A DNA stretch of 64,000 bases, taken from the NCBI GenBank assembly GCA_963751455.1, contig CAVVUN010000002.1, forward strand, positions 192,001 through 256,000, read 5' to 3'. Below, piece by piece: positions 11,190-20,254 of this stretch (positions within the stretch are counted from its first letter, which is position 1; each line of letters starts with the position of its first letter). Under the pieces are notes generated by a model, which saw only the letters and a program-made list of their open reading frames with translations, searched no databases and was not told the origin of the DNA. A program made the position numbers and the translations under genes. Source of the DNA: Nitrospirota bacterium. Lineage in GTDB: Bacteria; Nitrospirota; UBA9217.

Positions 11190-11471
11190 ATGAAGACATT
11201 GGTGTCGGAAAAGAGGACGCAGGTTTATTTCCCGAAGGATGTTTACCGGCGCATTGAGAAAAAGGCGCGAAAAGAGTCCAAATCATCCGCCGCCGTCATC
11301 AGGGAGGCCGTTGAGCGGTATCTTGAAGAGGAACGGGAAATCGATTGGGAGAACGACCCGATATTCAAACTGGCGGGTTTTTTCGAGAGCGGTGACGGCG
11401 ATCTGTCCGTAAACCACGACCATTATCTGTATGGCGCGGAGAAAAAAAAGATCGGAAAACGACATGGATAA
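11190..11471 (+). CDS. CopG/RHH antitoxin (VapB-like)
   Basis: KRTQVYFP...S.AAVIREAVERYL, C-terminal DLSVNHDHYLYG; overlaps the PIN gene. Confidence 0.8.
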   Translation: MKTLVSEKRTQVYFPKDVYRRIEKKARKESKSSAAVIREAVERYLEEEREIDWENDPIFKLAGFFESGDGDLSVNHDHYLYGAEKKKIGKRHG

Positions 11472-11871
11472 GGTCTTTCTTGATACGAGCGCACTGGCGG
11501 CGTTTTTCGACAGAAAGGACCGTTATAACGTCGAGACCGGCATGCTTTTTGAAAAGATCGCCCTCAAGAAGATCAGGATTGTCATGACTGATTATATCCT
11601 AAACGAATGTATAACGATGATTCTCATGCGGACAAACCATTCCAACGCGGTCAAAGCGGCTGAGTTCATTTTCGACAGCAAGGCCATCGAGCTTGTCTGG
11701 CTCGACGAGCCGATCAAGCGGAAGGCTTGGGAATATTTTAAAAGGCATTCCGATAAGAAGTATTCATTCACCGATTGCACCAGCTTTGTTCTTATGAAGG
11801 AAATGAAGGTGACGAGATACCTGTCTTTTGACGGTCATTTTAAGCAGGCGGGGTTTACCGAGTTTCTTTAG
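11464..11871 (+). CDS. PIN-domain ribonuclease toxin (VapC)
   Basis: VFLDTSA, ILNE, YSFTDCTSF, SFDGHF. Confidence 0.88.
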   Translation: MDKVFLDTSALAAFFDRKDRYNVETGMLFEKIALKKIRIVMTDYILNECITMILMRTNHSNAVKAAEFIFDSKAIELVWLDEPIKRKAWEYFKRHSDKKYSFTDCTSFVLMKEMKVTRYLSFDGHFKQAGFTEFL

Positions 11872-11876
11872 TATGA

Positions 11877-12100
11877 ATGCGAATATCCGACAACGGCAAC
11901 TCGGGATCGGGTCAACATCGCCTGCTCAAAAACTCGAGGTCAATGGCGGCGTCCGTCTTAATACAGTCTCGGCAAAGCCGACGCGCGATTCAAGTGCAAG
12001 AGGCACATTCTGGGTCCAGCAGGATGCTGTCAATGATACCATATACGTCTGTGCAATGGTAAACAGTGTCCTTACCTGGAAAACGGTAACGCTGCAGTAG
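11877..12100 (+). pseudogene. Remnant C-terminus of a second collagen-like fibre gene
   Basis: Encodes [13 protein letters not shown]...[31 protein letters not shown], near-identical to the end of 5621-8170; 1-nt deletion near 11900; no upstream body. Confidence 0.85.
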
Positions 12101-12152
12101 TTGTAGAGCGACAATCATTAAATAGTTGAGTCGTTGAGTAGTAAGTCAGGAC

Positions 12153-12192
12153 AGCAAGGAGCGACCGTTATGCGGCTTCTCCTTGCTTTTTT
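12153..12192 (+). terminator. Intrinsic terminator
   Basis: AGCAAGGAG...CTCCTTGCT stem followed by a T-run. Confidence 0.65.
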
Positions 12193-12228
12193 ATTTGAGC
12201 CATCTTCAACACTTCGTGAACCTTCAAT

Positions 12229-12257
12229 TTGACACTCTTGATCTCGTTCCGTATAAT
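12229..12257 (+). promoter_or_regulatory. Consensus sigma70 promoter for GT4
   Basis: TTGACA-N17-TATAAT perfect match. Confidence 0.75.
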
Positions 12258-12397
12258 AGAGGCCACTGTTAAACCTTGAGAGCGGTTTCGTGGTTGAGAG
12301 GTTTAGTAGTTGAATAGTTATTCAAAACTCAACAATTTAACAACTAAACGTCACTCTTAGACTTAACGGATATTTCCCTGTTGACCACAGTCGACAA

Positions 12398-13579
12398 ATG
12401 AAAATTCTCCTCATATCTCCCCATCTCCCGGCCCCAACGACGTACCAGGCAGGGGAGAGGCTTGTCTTTGAGGTAATAAAAACGCTCGCTGAGAAGCATG
12501 AACTCCATCTTGTTGTTCGACTTCATAAGGGACAGGAAAAGAACCTGGGGCCGATCAAGCAATACTGTGAAGAAGTGTATCCCGTGCTTTACTCGCGGCC
12601 GGAAAGACGGGATGCGTTTACCGTCCTGAACGTGGTCTGGTCATATTACAAGCTCTGCAAAAAGGCAAATGCTATAGCTGAAAGAGATAACTTCGATGCT
12701 ATCCATGCGGAGTGGACCGAGACGGGTTTTTTCTTGAAGAAAAAGGGCAGGATGGCGATTGTAGCCCACGACATCCTGACCAAACCAATGGAACGCCGGT
12801 TCAGGAACGCACGGGGACTGCGCCGGTATCTTTTATTTCTCGTATTTCGCTTTACTAAGATCTTTGAACTATACGTATTTGGGAAGTTCGATACGGTATT
12901 CGTTCTTTCCGACTACGACCGCAGGTATCTTCGAGCTATTGACCGGTCACTTAAAGTCGCATTGTTACAGCATCCTTACGGCGCGAACGTAACCAATATA
13001 CAGTTCGAGCGGGAAGAAAAAAACCTCCTCTTCCTGGGCGCCATGGACCGTGGGCCGAACGTGGAAGCAGTGCTCTATTTCTGGAACGAGGTTCTCCCCC
13101 TTGTCCGTAAAGAAATTCCTGATGTAAAATTCTTTATTATGGGCAGCAGGCCGCTCCCTGAAGTGCGGGCGCTTGCGGAAAAAGACGAGCATACGGTTGT
13201 TACGGGCTTCGTTGAAGATATCGAGAAATACTATAAGACTGCCACGGTTTTTGTGGCCCCTCTCCTGACAGGAGGGGGAATTATCGTCAAGATACTGGAC
13301 GCCCTGGCAGCGGCAACGCCGGTTGTGACGACTTCGATCGGGAATGAAGGGATCGGAGCAGCGCCGGAAGAACATCTCCTGATCGGCGATACTCCCGAGA
13401 GTTTTGCGGAACAGGTGGTGCGTCTGCTTCAGGATGAACAGATGCGCAAAAGAATTGGTGCAGCAGGCCGGGAATTTGTCGCAGCAAACTACGGACAGGA
13501 CGCTTTGCGAAAAACGCTTGAGGAGTGGTATAAGGGATATTTGAAGGTTAGTGAGGCAAAGCCTCAGACCAATAAATAA
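12398..13579 (+). CDS. Glycosyltransferase family 4
   Basis: MKILLISP, FLGAMDRGPN, GGGIIVKILDALAAATPVV. Confidence 0.9.
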   Translation: MKILLISPHLPAPTTYQAGERLVFEVIKTLAEKHELHLVVRLHKGQEKNLGPIKQYCEEVYPVLYSRPERRDAFTVLNVVWSYYKLCKKANAIAERDNFDAIHAEWTETGFFLKKKGRMAIVAHDILTKPMERRFRNARGLRRYLLFLVFRFTKIFELYVFGKFDTVFVLSDYDRRYLRAIDRSLKVALLQHPYGANVTNIQFEREEKNLLFLGAMDRGPNVEAVLYFWNEVLPLVRKEIPDVKFFIMGSRPLPEVRALAEKDEHTVVTGFVEDIEKYYKTATVFVAPLLTGGGIIVKILDALAAATPVVTTSIGNEGIGAAPEEHLLIGDTPESFAEQVVRLLQDEQMRKRIGAAGREFVAANYGQDALRKTLEEWYKGYLKVSEAKPQTNK

Positions 13580-13650
13580 ACCAACACTCTTGAACCGCGA
13601 AGGCGCGACGAGCGCGAGGAAAACATAAATCAGGGTCTTTTTCCAGTTTT

Positions 13651-13808
13651 AGAAAGCTTTCCGAGCTCGAAATGTACCTGAAGCAGGTCCGTGAATTCTC
13701 TGGTACGACGCTCCAGAGATCGTGATCGCAATTCTCAGAAAACATCTCAATGACGTTGAGCGGTACAGGGACGCAATCCTGGCATATCTGAACAGGCCGG
13801 TATCGTAA
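13651..13808 (+). pseudogene. Internally deleted DUF86/HepT-like HEPN toxin remnant
   Basis: RKLSELEMYLKQVREFSGTTL (N-terminus) fused out of frame to PEIVIAILRKHLNDVERYRDAILAYL* (C-terminus); the RxxxxH core is missing. Confidence 0.55.
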
Positions 13809-13881
13809 TTCCTTCCTCTAAGGCATGCGTCTTCTCCCGTCATGGTTTTCTTTCGGACGCCATCCTGGTCCTAAAAATATC

Positions 13882-13910
13882 TTTACTTATTGCTATCATA
13901 ATGCTATCAT
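13882..13910 (+). promoter_or_regulatory. fitAB-like promoter with two TGCTATCAT boxes
   Basis: TTTACT-N17-TATCAT; TGCTATCA is the half-site bound by Neisseria FitAB. Confidence 0.6.
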
Positions 13911-13928
13911 ATAAAAAAGGAGGTTGCT

Positions 13929-14159
13929 GTGGCACAATTGCTGGTTCGAGACCTGGAAAAGAAAACGATTGAGCGCCTCAAAAAGAGAGCAAAACAGCAT
14001 GATCGCTCACTACAGGGCGAAGTAAAATTGATATTGCAGAATGCCGCTAAACTGTCCATGGAGGAAACTCTCGGCGCGGCCGAAAACTGGCAAAAACGCC
14101 TGGCGGGAGGAAAGTTCGGCGACAGCACGGCTCTCATCAGAGAGGACCGGGACCGTTGA
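13929..14159 (+). CDS. FitA-like RHH antitoxin
   Basis: MAQLLVRDL...LKKRA..H.RSL.GEV..IL; DSTALIREDR. Confidence 0.85.
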   Translation: MAQLLVRDLEKKTIERLKKRAKQHDRSLQGEVKLILQNAAKLSMEETLGAAENWQKRLAGGKFGDSTALIREDRDR

Positions 14160-14578
14160 GGCGCTATACCGTTGATGCGAGCGTGGTCGTCAAATGGTTT
14201 TTGCCGGAGATTCATACGCGGGAAGCTTTGCATCTTCTTGCTAAAAATCATGAGCTGTCGGCCCCGGACCTCATTTTTGCGGAAGTCGGAAATACGTTGT
14301 GGAAAAAATGCAGGGCAGAGGAACTGGATGCGGAGGCCGCAGCGGAAATTCTTTTTGATTTTGAGCGCGTGCCGCTGCGGATAATCCCCTCCGAAATGAT
14401 GCTCGATGACGCGTGGATGATAGCAGAACGCTACCGAAGAACCTTCTATGACAGTCTCTATCTTGCCGTCGCTCGTGCTCAAGAATGCCGCATGGTTACC
14501 GCCGACAAAAAATTTTACGAATCGCTCAAGAGCACTCCGCTCGGTAAATCCCTGCTATGGATTGAAGACATGAAATGA
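14156..14578 (+). CDS. PIN-domain toxin (VapC/FitB-like)
   Basis: VDASVVVKW, APDLIFAEV, TFYDSLYLA, VTADKK. Confidence 0.88.
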   Translation: MRRYTVDASVVVKWFLPEIHTREALHLLAKNHELSAPDLIFAEVGNTLWKKCRAEELDAEAAAEILFDFERVPLRIIPSEMMLDDAWMIAERYRRTFYDSLYLAVARAQECRMVTADKKFYESLKSTPLGKSLLWIEDMK

Positions 14579-14648
14579 CATCACGGACATGCGATGCCGA
14601 TGTCATCAATGCTATGCTTCACCACCTTAAAAGAAAGGGCATGATCGG

Positions 14649-15461
14649 GTGATAAACCGCGCATTGTTGGCTGTAATGGTTCTTGTTTTTCCCGGCGTAA
14701 ATGCCTCCGCGTTTAGCGTCCCGGAGACCTTGATGTATGAACTCTCAGTGGGCGGGGTTGCCATAGGGAATCTGTCGCTGGAAGCAAAGGACGCCGGCCC
14801 GAGGATAGAACTCGTGTCGACCATGTCTACTGATTCATGGGTTTCCGTATTTTACCCTGTGGATGACCATGCCGTGAGTTACCTGAAAAAGACGCGTCAA
14901 AAAGATGTTTCAAAAACCTTTCCGTATATTCCCTCCGCATATCAACTGAAGCTGAACGAAGGACCGCACAAGGCGGACATGGATCTCATTTTTGACCAGA
15001 CGAGAAAGACAATTACCTGCTCTGACTTCATCGAGAACGGGAAGACCTCATTCAAAATTAAAGCTTTTACGCTCGATCCGCTTGCGGCCCTTTACTACTT
15101 CAGACGGGTCCCGCTGACGCCCGGAAAGTCGGTTGTCCTGCACGTCATCAACAATAAGGTCATCCGTAAAATCGAAACGGAGTGTGTCAGGCGGGAAACG
15201 ATAAAGACGCCGTTCGGCACATTTAAAACCGTTCTGGTGAGAGCTGACATGCACTTCGACGGCCCCGGCATCATTTATTATCCCGGCGATGTATATATAT
15301 GGCTCACTGATGATGAAAGAAAGTTGCCTATCGTCATTGAAAAGAAGCTTACTGCTCTTGCTGAGGGGAAATTACCCGACTTTGTGATAGAGAAAATGCC
15401 GGCTTATCTGAAGGAAAAATTGTCCGCCGGTTCGATAAAGGCGACGCTTATTGCGCAGTAG
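14649..15461 (+). CDS. Exported DUF3108-like protein
   Basis: Signal peptide, ETLMY, LDPLAALY, ETIKTPFGTF, IWLTDDERKLPI. Confidence 0.7.
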   Translation: MINRALLAVMVLVFPGVNASAFSVPETLMYELSVGGVAIGNLSLEAKDAGPRIELVSTMSTDSWVSVFYPVDDHAVSYLKKTRQKDVSKTFPYIPSAYQLKLNEGPHKADMDLIFDQTRKTITCSDFIENGKTSFKIKAFTLDPLAALYYFRRVPLTPGKSVVLHVINNKVIRKIETECVRRETIKTPFGTFKTVLVRADMHFDGPGIIYYPGDVYIWLTDDERKLPIVIEKKLTALAEGKLPDFVIEKMPAYLKEKLSAGSIKATLIAQ

Positions 15462-15531
15462 CAGACGTAGTTGAGACGTTGAGTCGTTGAGTGGTTGTTA
15501 CGCCGCTTACTACATGTATGGAGGTAAAGTA

Positions 15532-17763
15532 ATGGAAACGGAATTTTTGCCGGCGAATAAAACACCGGGTCTTCATGCAAGGCCGTTTGTTCACCTGCTT
15601 ATCATCATAGCATTAGGTTTTCTTGCTTACTCCAATACGTTCCACGGCCCGATTCAGTGGGACGGGGTGCCGTACATTATCGAAAATCCGGTCATGAAGG
15701 ACGTTGGAAACTTCATTTCGAGCACTCAGGGGTATAATTTCAACCCGCGCCGCTTCATCGGCAATTTAACGTTTGCCCTCAATTACAGCTTCGGAGGGGA
15801 GAGTGCAACCGGCTATCACATTGTAAATTTCATTATTCATGTATCCAGCGCACTGCTGGTCTATTTTCTGATCGTCCTGACCTTTCAGACACCGGCAATG
15901 AGTTGCATAGGGCAAAGCGCAGAGAGCAGAGCGAGAGAAGATACGCCATGCGCCATGCGCTATGCGCCAAGCGCTAATCTTATTGCGCTTTTTTCCGCGC
16001 TCTTGTTCGTTGCTCATCCGCTCCAGACCCAGGCAGTCACTTACATCTATCAAAGGTATACTTCACTGGCGACGCTGTTTTATCTTCTCTGTCTTGTCCT
16101 GTACATCAAGGGAAGGGTCGTAAGTCAGAGGTCCGAAGTAGGAAGTCAGAAGTCGGAAGGTCAGGGCAAGGAAGCAGACGCAAAATTAAGCCTGGCACCT
16201 GTCATCCTGTATGTGTTGGCCGTGCTTTCCGCGGTCCTTGCCATGAAGACGAAAGAAATAGCATTCACTCTTCCTTTGGTCGTGTCCCTGTATGAGTTCA
16301 CGTTTTTCAAGGTATCGCTCCGCAAGAAACTGCTGGTTCTGGTGCCGATAGTGCTCACGCTTATCGTCGTTCCGCTCAGTGTTTTGCAAAGCGACCAAAC
16401 CGTCGGAGAGCTGCTGGCAGATGTCGATTCAAAAACCAGACTCCAGACCGATATGCCGCGCTGGGACTATGTGATGACCGAACTGCGCGTGATTGTAACG
16501 TACATACGGCTCTTGGTCTTTCCGATAAGCCAGAACGCTGATTATGATTATCCGCTCTATCATTCTCTTTTGACGCTTCCCGTTTTTTTATCGTTTTTAT
16601 TTCTCCTTTCGCTGTTCGGATCAGGGATTTATCTGTTGTATGCATCGCGGAGTGGGAAAGTGACGCCGTTCGCGCAGGCGCCTTTTCTGCGCCTTATCGG
16701 TTTCGGCATTATCTGGTTTTTCGTAACGCTGTCGGTCGAGTCAAGCTTCATTCCCATCTCAGACGTGATATTCGAGCACAGGGTTTATCTGCCATCAATC
16801 GGTTTTTTTGTCGTGGCCACGACGGGTCTGCTGATGGCGGCGGAGAGGTTCACTGCGCACAAGATTGTCATACCGGCGTTGTGCCTTGTCATAGCTGCGT
16901 TGTCGTTTGCGACCTATTCTCGAAACAGCACCTGGACGGATATGACAAGGCTATGGTCGGATACGGTCAAAAAGAGTCCCTCGAAAACAAGAGCCCGTTA
17001 TAACCTTGCTCAGGCCTATTACGATCAGGGACGAATGGCCGAAGCGCTCAGGGAATATCAGATTGCGGTCGATGTTCATCTGGATGATCCCGAAGCACGT
17101 TATAATTTGGGGACTGCTTATTTGAAACAGCAGCACAACGAAGAGGCTATTCAAGAATTTCAAAAAGCGCTCGCGCTCAAACCCGACTATGCCCATGCCC
17201 GTAATAATCTGGGGACTGCCTACCTGGACATGGGAAGGATCAATGATGCGGTCAGGGAATTCAAAGCCGCGATTGATACCATGCCTGATTACGCGGACGC
17301 ACATTTTAATCTGGGATCAGCGTATTTTGAGGACGGCCGACTTGACGAAGCTCTAAACGAACTCCGGTCAGCTGCAGCACTGGCACCCTATAACCCGGAG
17401 ACGCTCAGCATGCTGGGGAACGTCTATTGGGGCATGGAACGTCTTGAAGATGCTGTGCGGGAATTTCGGGCGGGATTGAAGCTTGACCCTGGGGTTGTGG
17501 ATATGCGCTTTAATCTGGGGATCGTTTATATGCTTCAAGAAAGAATCGATGAGGCGGTCCAGGAATTTGAAACCGTTGCCCGCTTCAGCCCTGACAACCC
17601 TGCTCTCTATAATAATCTCGGAGCTGCTTATTTCAAGCAGGGGAGGATAGATGACGCAATCCGTACACTCCAAAGAGCGGCTGATCTTAACCCTGATGAT
17701 GCGGAGATCCGTCGAAATCTTGACGGCCTGGTAAAGGCAGTGGGAATGAAGAAAGAGAGATGA
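15532..17763 (+). CDS. TMTC-like membrane glycosyltransferase (GT-C) with C-terminal TPR repeats
   Basis: Multiple TM helices, YHIVN..IH, HPLQTQAVTYI, KTKE, FEHRVYLPS, RNSTW, then ~8 TPRs. Confidence 0.85.
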   Translation: METEFLPANKTPGLHARPFVHLLIIIALGFLAYSNTFHGPIQWDGVPYIIENPVMKDVGNFISSTQGYNFNPRRFIGNLTFALNYSFGGESATGYHIVNFIIHVSSALLVYFLIVLTFQTPAMSCIGQSAESRAREDTPCAMRYAPSANLIALFSALLFVAHPLQTQAVTYIYQRYTSLATLFYLLCLVLYIKGRVVSQRSEVGSQKSEGQGKEADAKLSLAPVILYVLAVLSAVLAMKTKEIAFTLPLVVSLYEFTFFKVSLRKKLLVLVPIVLTLIVVPLSVLQSDQTVGELLADVDSKTRLQTDMPRWDYVMTELRVIVTYIRLLVFPISQNADYDYPLYHSLLTLPVFLSFLFLLSLFGSGIYLLYASRSGKVTPFAQAPFLRLIGFGIIWFFVTLSVESSFIPISDVIFEHRVYLPSIGFFVVATTGLLMAAERFTAHKIVIPALCLVIAALSFATYSRNSTWTDMTRLWSDTVKKSPSKTRARYNLAQAYYDQGRMAEALREYQIAVDVHLDDPEARYNLGTAYLKQQHNEEAIQEFQKALALKPDYAHARNNLGTAYLDMGRINDAVREFKAAIDTMPDYADAHFNLGSAYFEDGRLDEALNELRSAAALAPYNPETLSMLGNVYWGMERLEDAVREFRAGLKLDPGVVDMRFNLGIVYMLQERIDEAVQEFETVARFSPDNPALYNNLGAAYFKQGRIDDAIRTLQRAADLNPDDAEIRRNLDGLVKAVGMKKER

Positions 17764-17910
17764 GAGCAAAGGGCGAAGGAGTGCGTCCACTGTCCGAGCG
17801 AATGCGGTGAACGGTCTGCTGATCATCGGTCTGCTTATCCCGCTGATGCTGGTGTAGTGTCTCACAAACGACTGGTGTTATCATAGCGCGGCAGCAGGCC
17901 GCAGTCAAAC

Positions 17911-17978
17911 TTGTAGGGCAAGGCTTTAGCCTTGCTGAAACGCCGGAACAGCAGCAACCCTAAAGGGTCGCCCTACAA
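17911..17978. repeat. REP-like palindrome (GTAG-type)
   Basis: TTGTAGGGC...GCCCTACAA ends with internal hairpins, lying between convergent genes. Confidence 0.65.
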
Positions 17979-18077
17979 ATTCATCAGCAAATATTTATGC
18001 GAAGATATCAAGTTTTCGATGAGAATCATCATAACACCGTCCATTTAAGAGACACGACACTGGTTCTCCCGCGATAA

Positions 18078-20006
18078 TCACTGACGCCTGTTTACCTGTT
18101 GTAAACGCTCCGCAATCCTGAAATGTTCTTTAGCCTTCTCCGTTAGCCCCCTGGATTGGTATATCAGGCCGAGATTGTAATGCGCTTCCCTGTAATCCGG
18201 CTTCAATGTGATTGCAGCCTGAAATTGGCTGACGGCCTCCTCGACCCTGCCGGTTATGCCGTAGGATGATCCCAGGTTGTTGTGCGTCAGGGCGTCCTTC
18301 GGTTTCAACGCCAGGGCAGTCCGATATTCGTCAATGGCTTTTTCGATCAGGCCTTTTTCCCCGTAAACAACTCCAAGGTTGTAGTGCGCCTCTGCGTAGT
18401 CCGGCGACAGCCGTACGGCCTTCCGGTACTCGACAACAGCCTCGTCGATCATGCCCCTGTCGTCATAGGCAATGCCGAGATTATTATGTCCTCGAGCCTT
18501 ACCCGGGCTTTTAGCGACGACATCCCGGTACAACGTAACGTGATCCTGCCAAACCATGTTTCTCGTATAGCAGGCAGCTGTCAACGCCAGCACGGCAATT
18601 CCTGCGACAGCCGCTGCCGGGGCGTCGATCCTGGGCCATACCGGCCTCAATCCATCCTTGATCATCAGCCCGATCGTGGCTATGGCCACAAAGGCGCCCA
18701 CCGAGGGCAGGTAAAGCCTGTGCTCGAATACGACGTCCACGATCGGTATGACGCTCGATTCGACCGCGAGGGTGATAAAAAACCAGAATATGCCGAATGC
18801 GGCAATCCGGCAGCGCTGATCGGATGCGGTGACTTCGCCTCCTGCCGGGCCGGCTGCGCGGTTCGCCGCATGATTCGCCCTGCGCAGAAAATACACGCCC
18901 GTGCCGGCGATAGCGCATAAAAAAAGAAAGGAAAAAAAGACCGGAGGGTCGAACAGTGAATGATAGATCGGATAATCATAATCGAGGTTCTGGTCCACGG
19001 GCGCAAACAGCAACCTGATATAGGTCGTAATGACGCGCATCTGCGTCATCAGATAATCCCACCTGGGCAGGTCGGTCTGGAGGCGGGACTTTTCACTCAG
19101 GTCGGACAGTATCTGTCCCAGAGGTTCGTGAGTTCCCATGATGCTGACCGGAATGATTGCGAGCGTCAGCAGGATCGGCAGGGTGAAGATGAATTTTCTT
19201 TTGAACCCGGTCTTGAAAAACATGAATTCATAGAGCCCGATGGTGATCGGCAGCGTAAACGCTATTTCCTTCGTTTTCATTGCGAGCACGGCACTGCAGA
19301 CCGCTAAAACATAAAAGCCGGGGGATGTGAAGCGGGGCCGTGATGACGGCGTGAGCCCTGAGAGCCGCGCCTTGGCGTAAGCCGCCACGGAAAGCAGATA
19401 AAACAATGCGGCGAGCGAGGTGAGCCTCTGATAAATATAGGTAACTGCCTGGGTCTCAATGGGATGGACCGCGAACAGCAGGCCGGAGAAAAAGGCGATG
19501 AGATCAGCGCTTGGCGCAAAGCGCATGGCGCATGGCGTATCTTCTCGCGCTCTGCTCTGTGCGCTTTGCCCTATGCAACTCATTGCCGGCGTTCGAAAGG
19601 TAAGGAGCACCAGTGTGTAAACGAGCAGGGCGTTGATCAGATGGATCGCGAGGTTTACGATATGATATCCTGTTACATCAAAGCCGCCAAAGCGATAATT
19701 GAGGGCAAACGTGAGATACGTGATAAAACGCCGGGAATGATACTCATAGCCCTTTGCGCTCGAGAAAAAATTATCGAGCGAAGTTATGACGGGGTTATCT
19801 TGTATGAAATGTTCGTCATCAAACTGAAAAGGAACATTGAACGTATTGGAGTATGCCGCGAGACCCGCAAAAACGATAACAAGCAGATAAACAGCTTGTC
19901 TGTTGAGACCGGCTCGGATTAACTCCGTGAGTGAAGAGGCGGCTCCATTCTCTGAGGGAGTCAGTTTCCTGCCGGCACTCCCCTCTTTTTTGTTCTGAGA
20001 AAGCAT
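18078..20006 (-). CDS. TMTC-like membrane glycosyltransferase with TPR repeats (paralog of 15532-17763)
   Basis: FQFDDE, HPIETQAVTYI, KTKE, FEHRLYLPS, RNMVW, 4-5 TPRs. Confidence 0.85.
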   Translation of the reverse strand: MLSQNKKEGSAGRKLTPSENGAASSLTELIRAGLNRQAVYLLVIVFAGLAAYSNTFNVPFQFDDEHFIQDNPVITSLDNFFSSAKGYEYHSRRFITYLTFALNYRFGGFDVTGYHIVNLAIHLINALLVYTLVLLTFRTPAMSCIGQSAQSRAREDTPCAMRFAPSADLIAFFSGLLFAVHPIETQAVTYIYQRLTSLAALFYLLSVAAYAKARLSGLTPSSRPRFTSPGFYVLAVCSAVLAMKTKEIAFTLPITIGLYEFMFFKTGFKRKFIFTLPILLTLAIIPVSIMGTHEPLGQILSDLSEKSRLQTDLPRWDYLMTQMRVITTYIRLLFAPVDQNLDYDYPIYHSLFDPPVFFSFLFLCAIAGTGVYFLRRANHAANRAAGPAGGEVTASDQRCRIAAFGIFWFFITLAVESSVIPIVDVVFEHRLYLPSVGAFVAIATIGLMIKDGLRPVWPRIDAPAAAVAGIAVLALTAACYTRNMVWQDHVTLYRDVVAKSPGKARGHNNLGIAYDDRGMIDEAVVEYRKAVRLSPDYAEAHYNLGVVYGEKGLIEKAIDEYRTALALKPKDALTHNNLGSSYGITGRVEEAVSQFQAAITLKPDYREAHYNLGLIYQSRGLTEKAKEHFRIAERLQQVNRRQ

Positions 20007-20254
20007 TGTATCAAACCACAATAGTTTCTTTCCTCATTGCGCGGTTTCTGCCTTCGAAGCGACTTATAATAGTAATAATGAGGGGATATTGTCAATATGT
20101 TAATCATGGGACCCTGAGTGGTCGCTGCTTCTAAGAGAGAAAACTGCGCGGTAAACGCCAGCCATGCCTTGTCGTTGCTTTTCGCCCGGATAGACTGTAT
20201 AATAATGAACATCCGGAAAAAAATATATTTATCAGGCAGTCTATAAGGAACTTC

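Noticed and set aside
7944-12100. Fibre C-terminus and its downstream copy as a DGR variable/template repeat pair
   Set aside because: Differences are mostly synonymous third-position changes of all base types rather than adenine-specific, and no reverse transcriptase is present in the window
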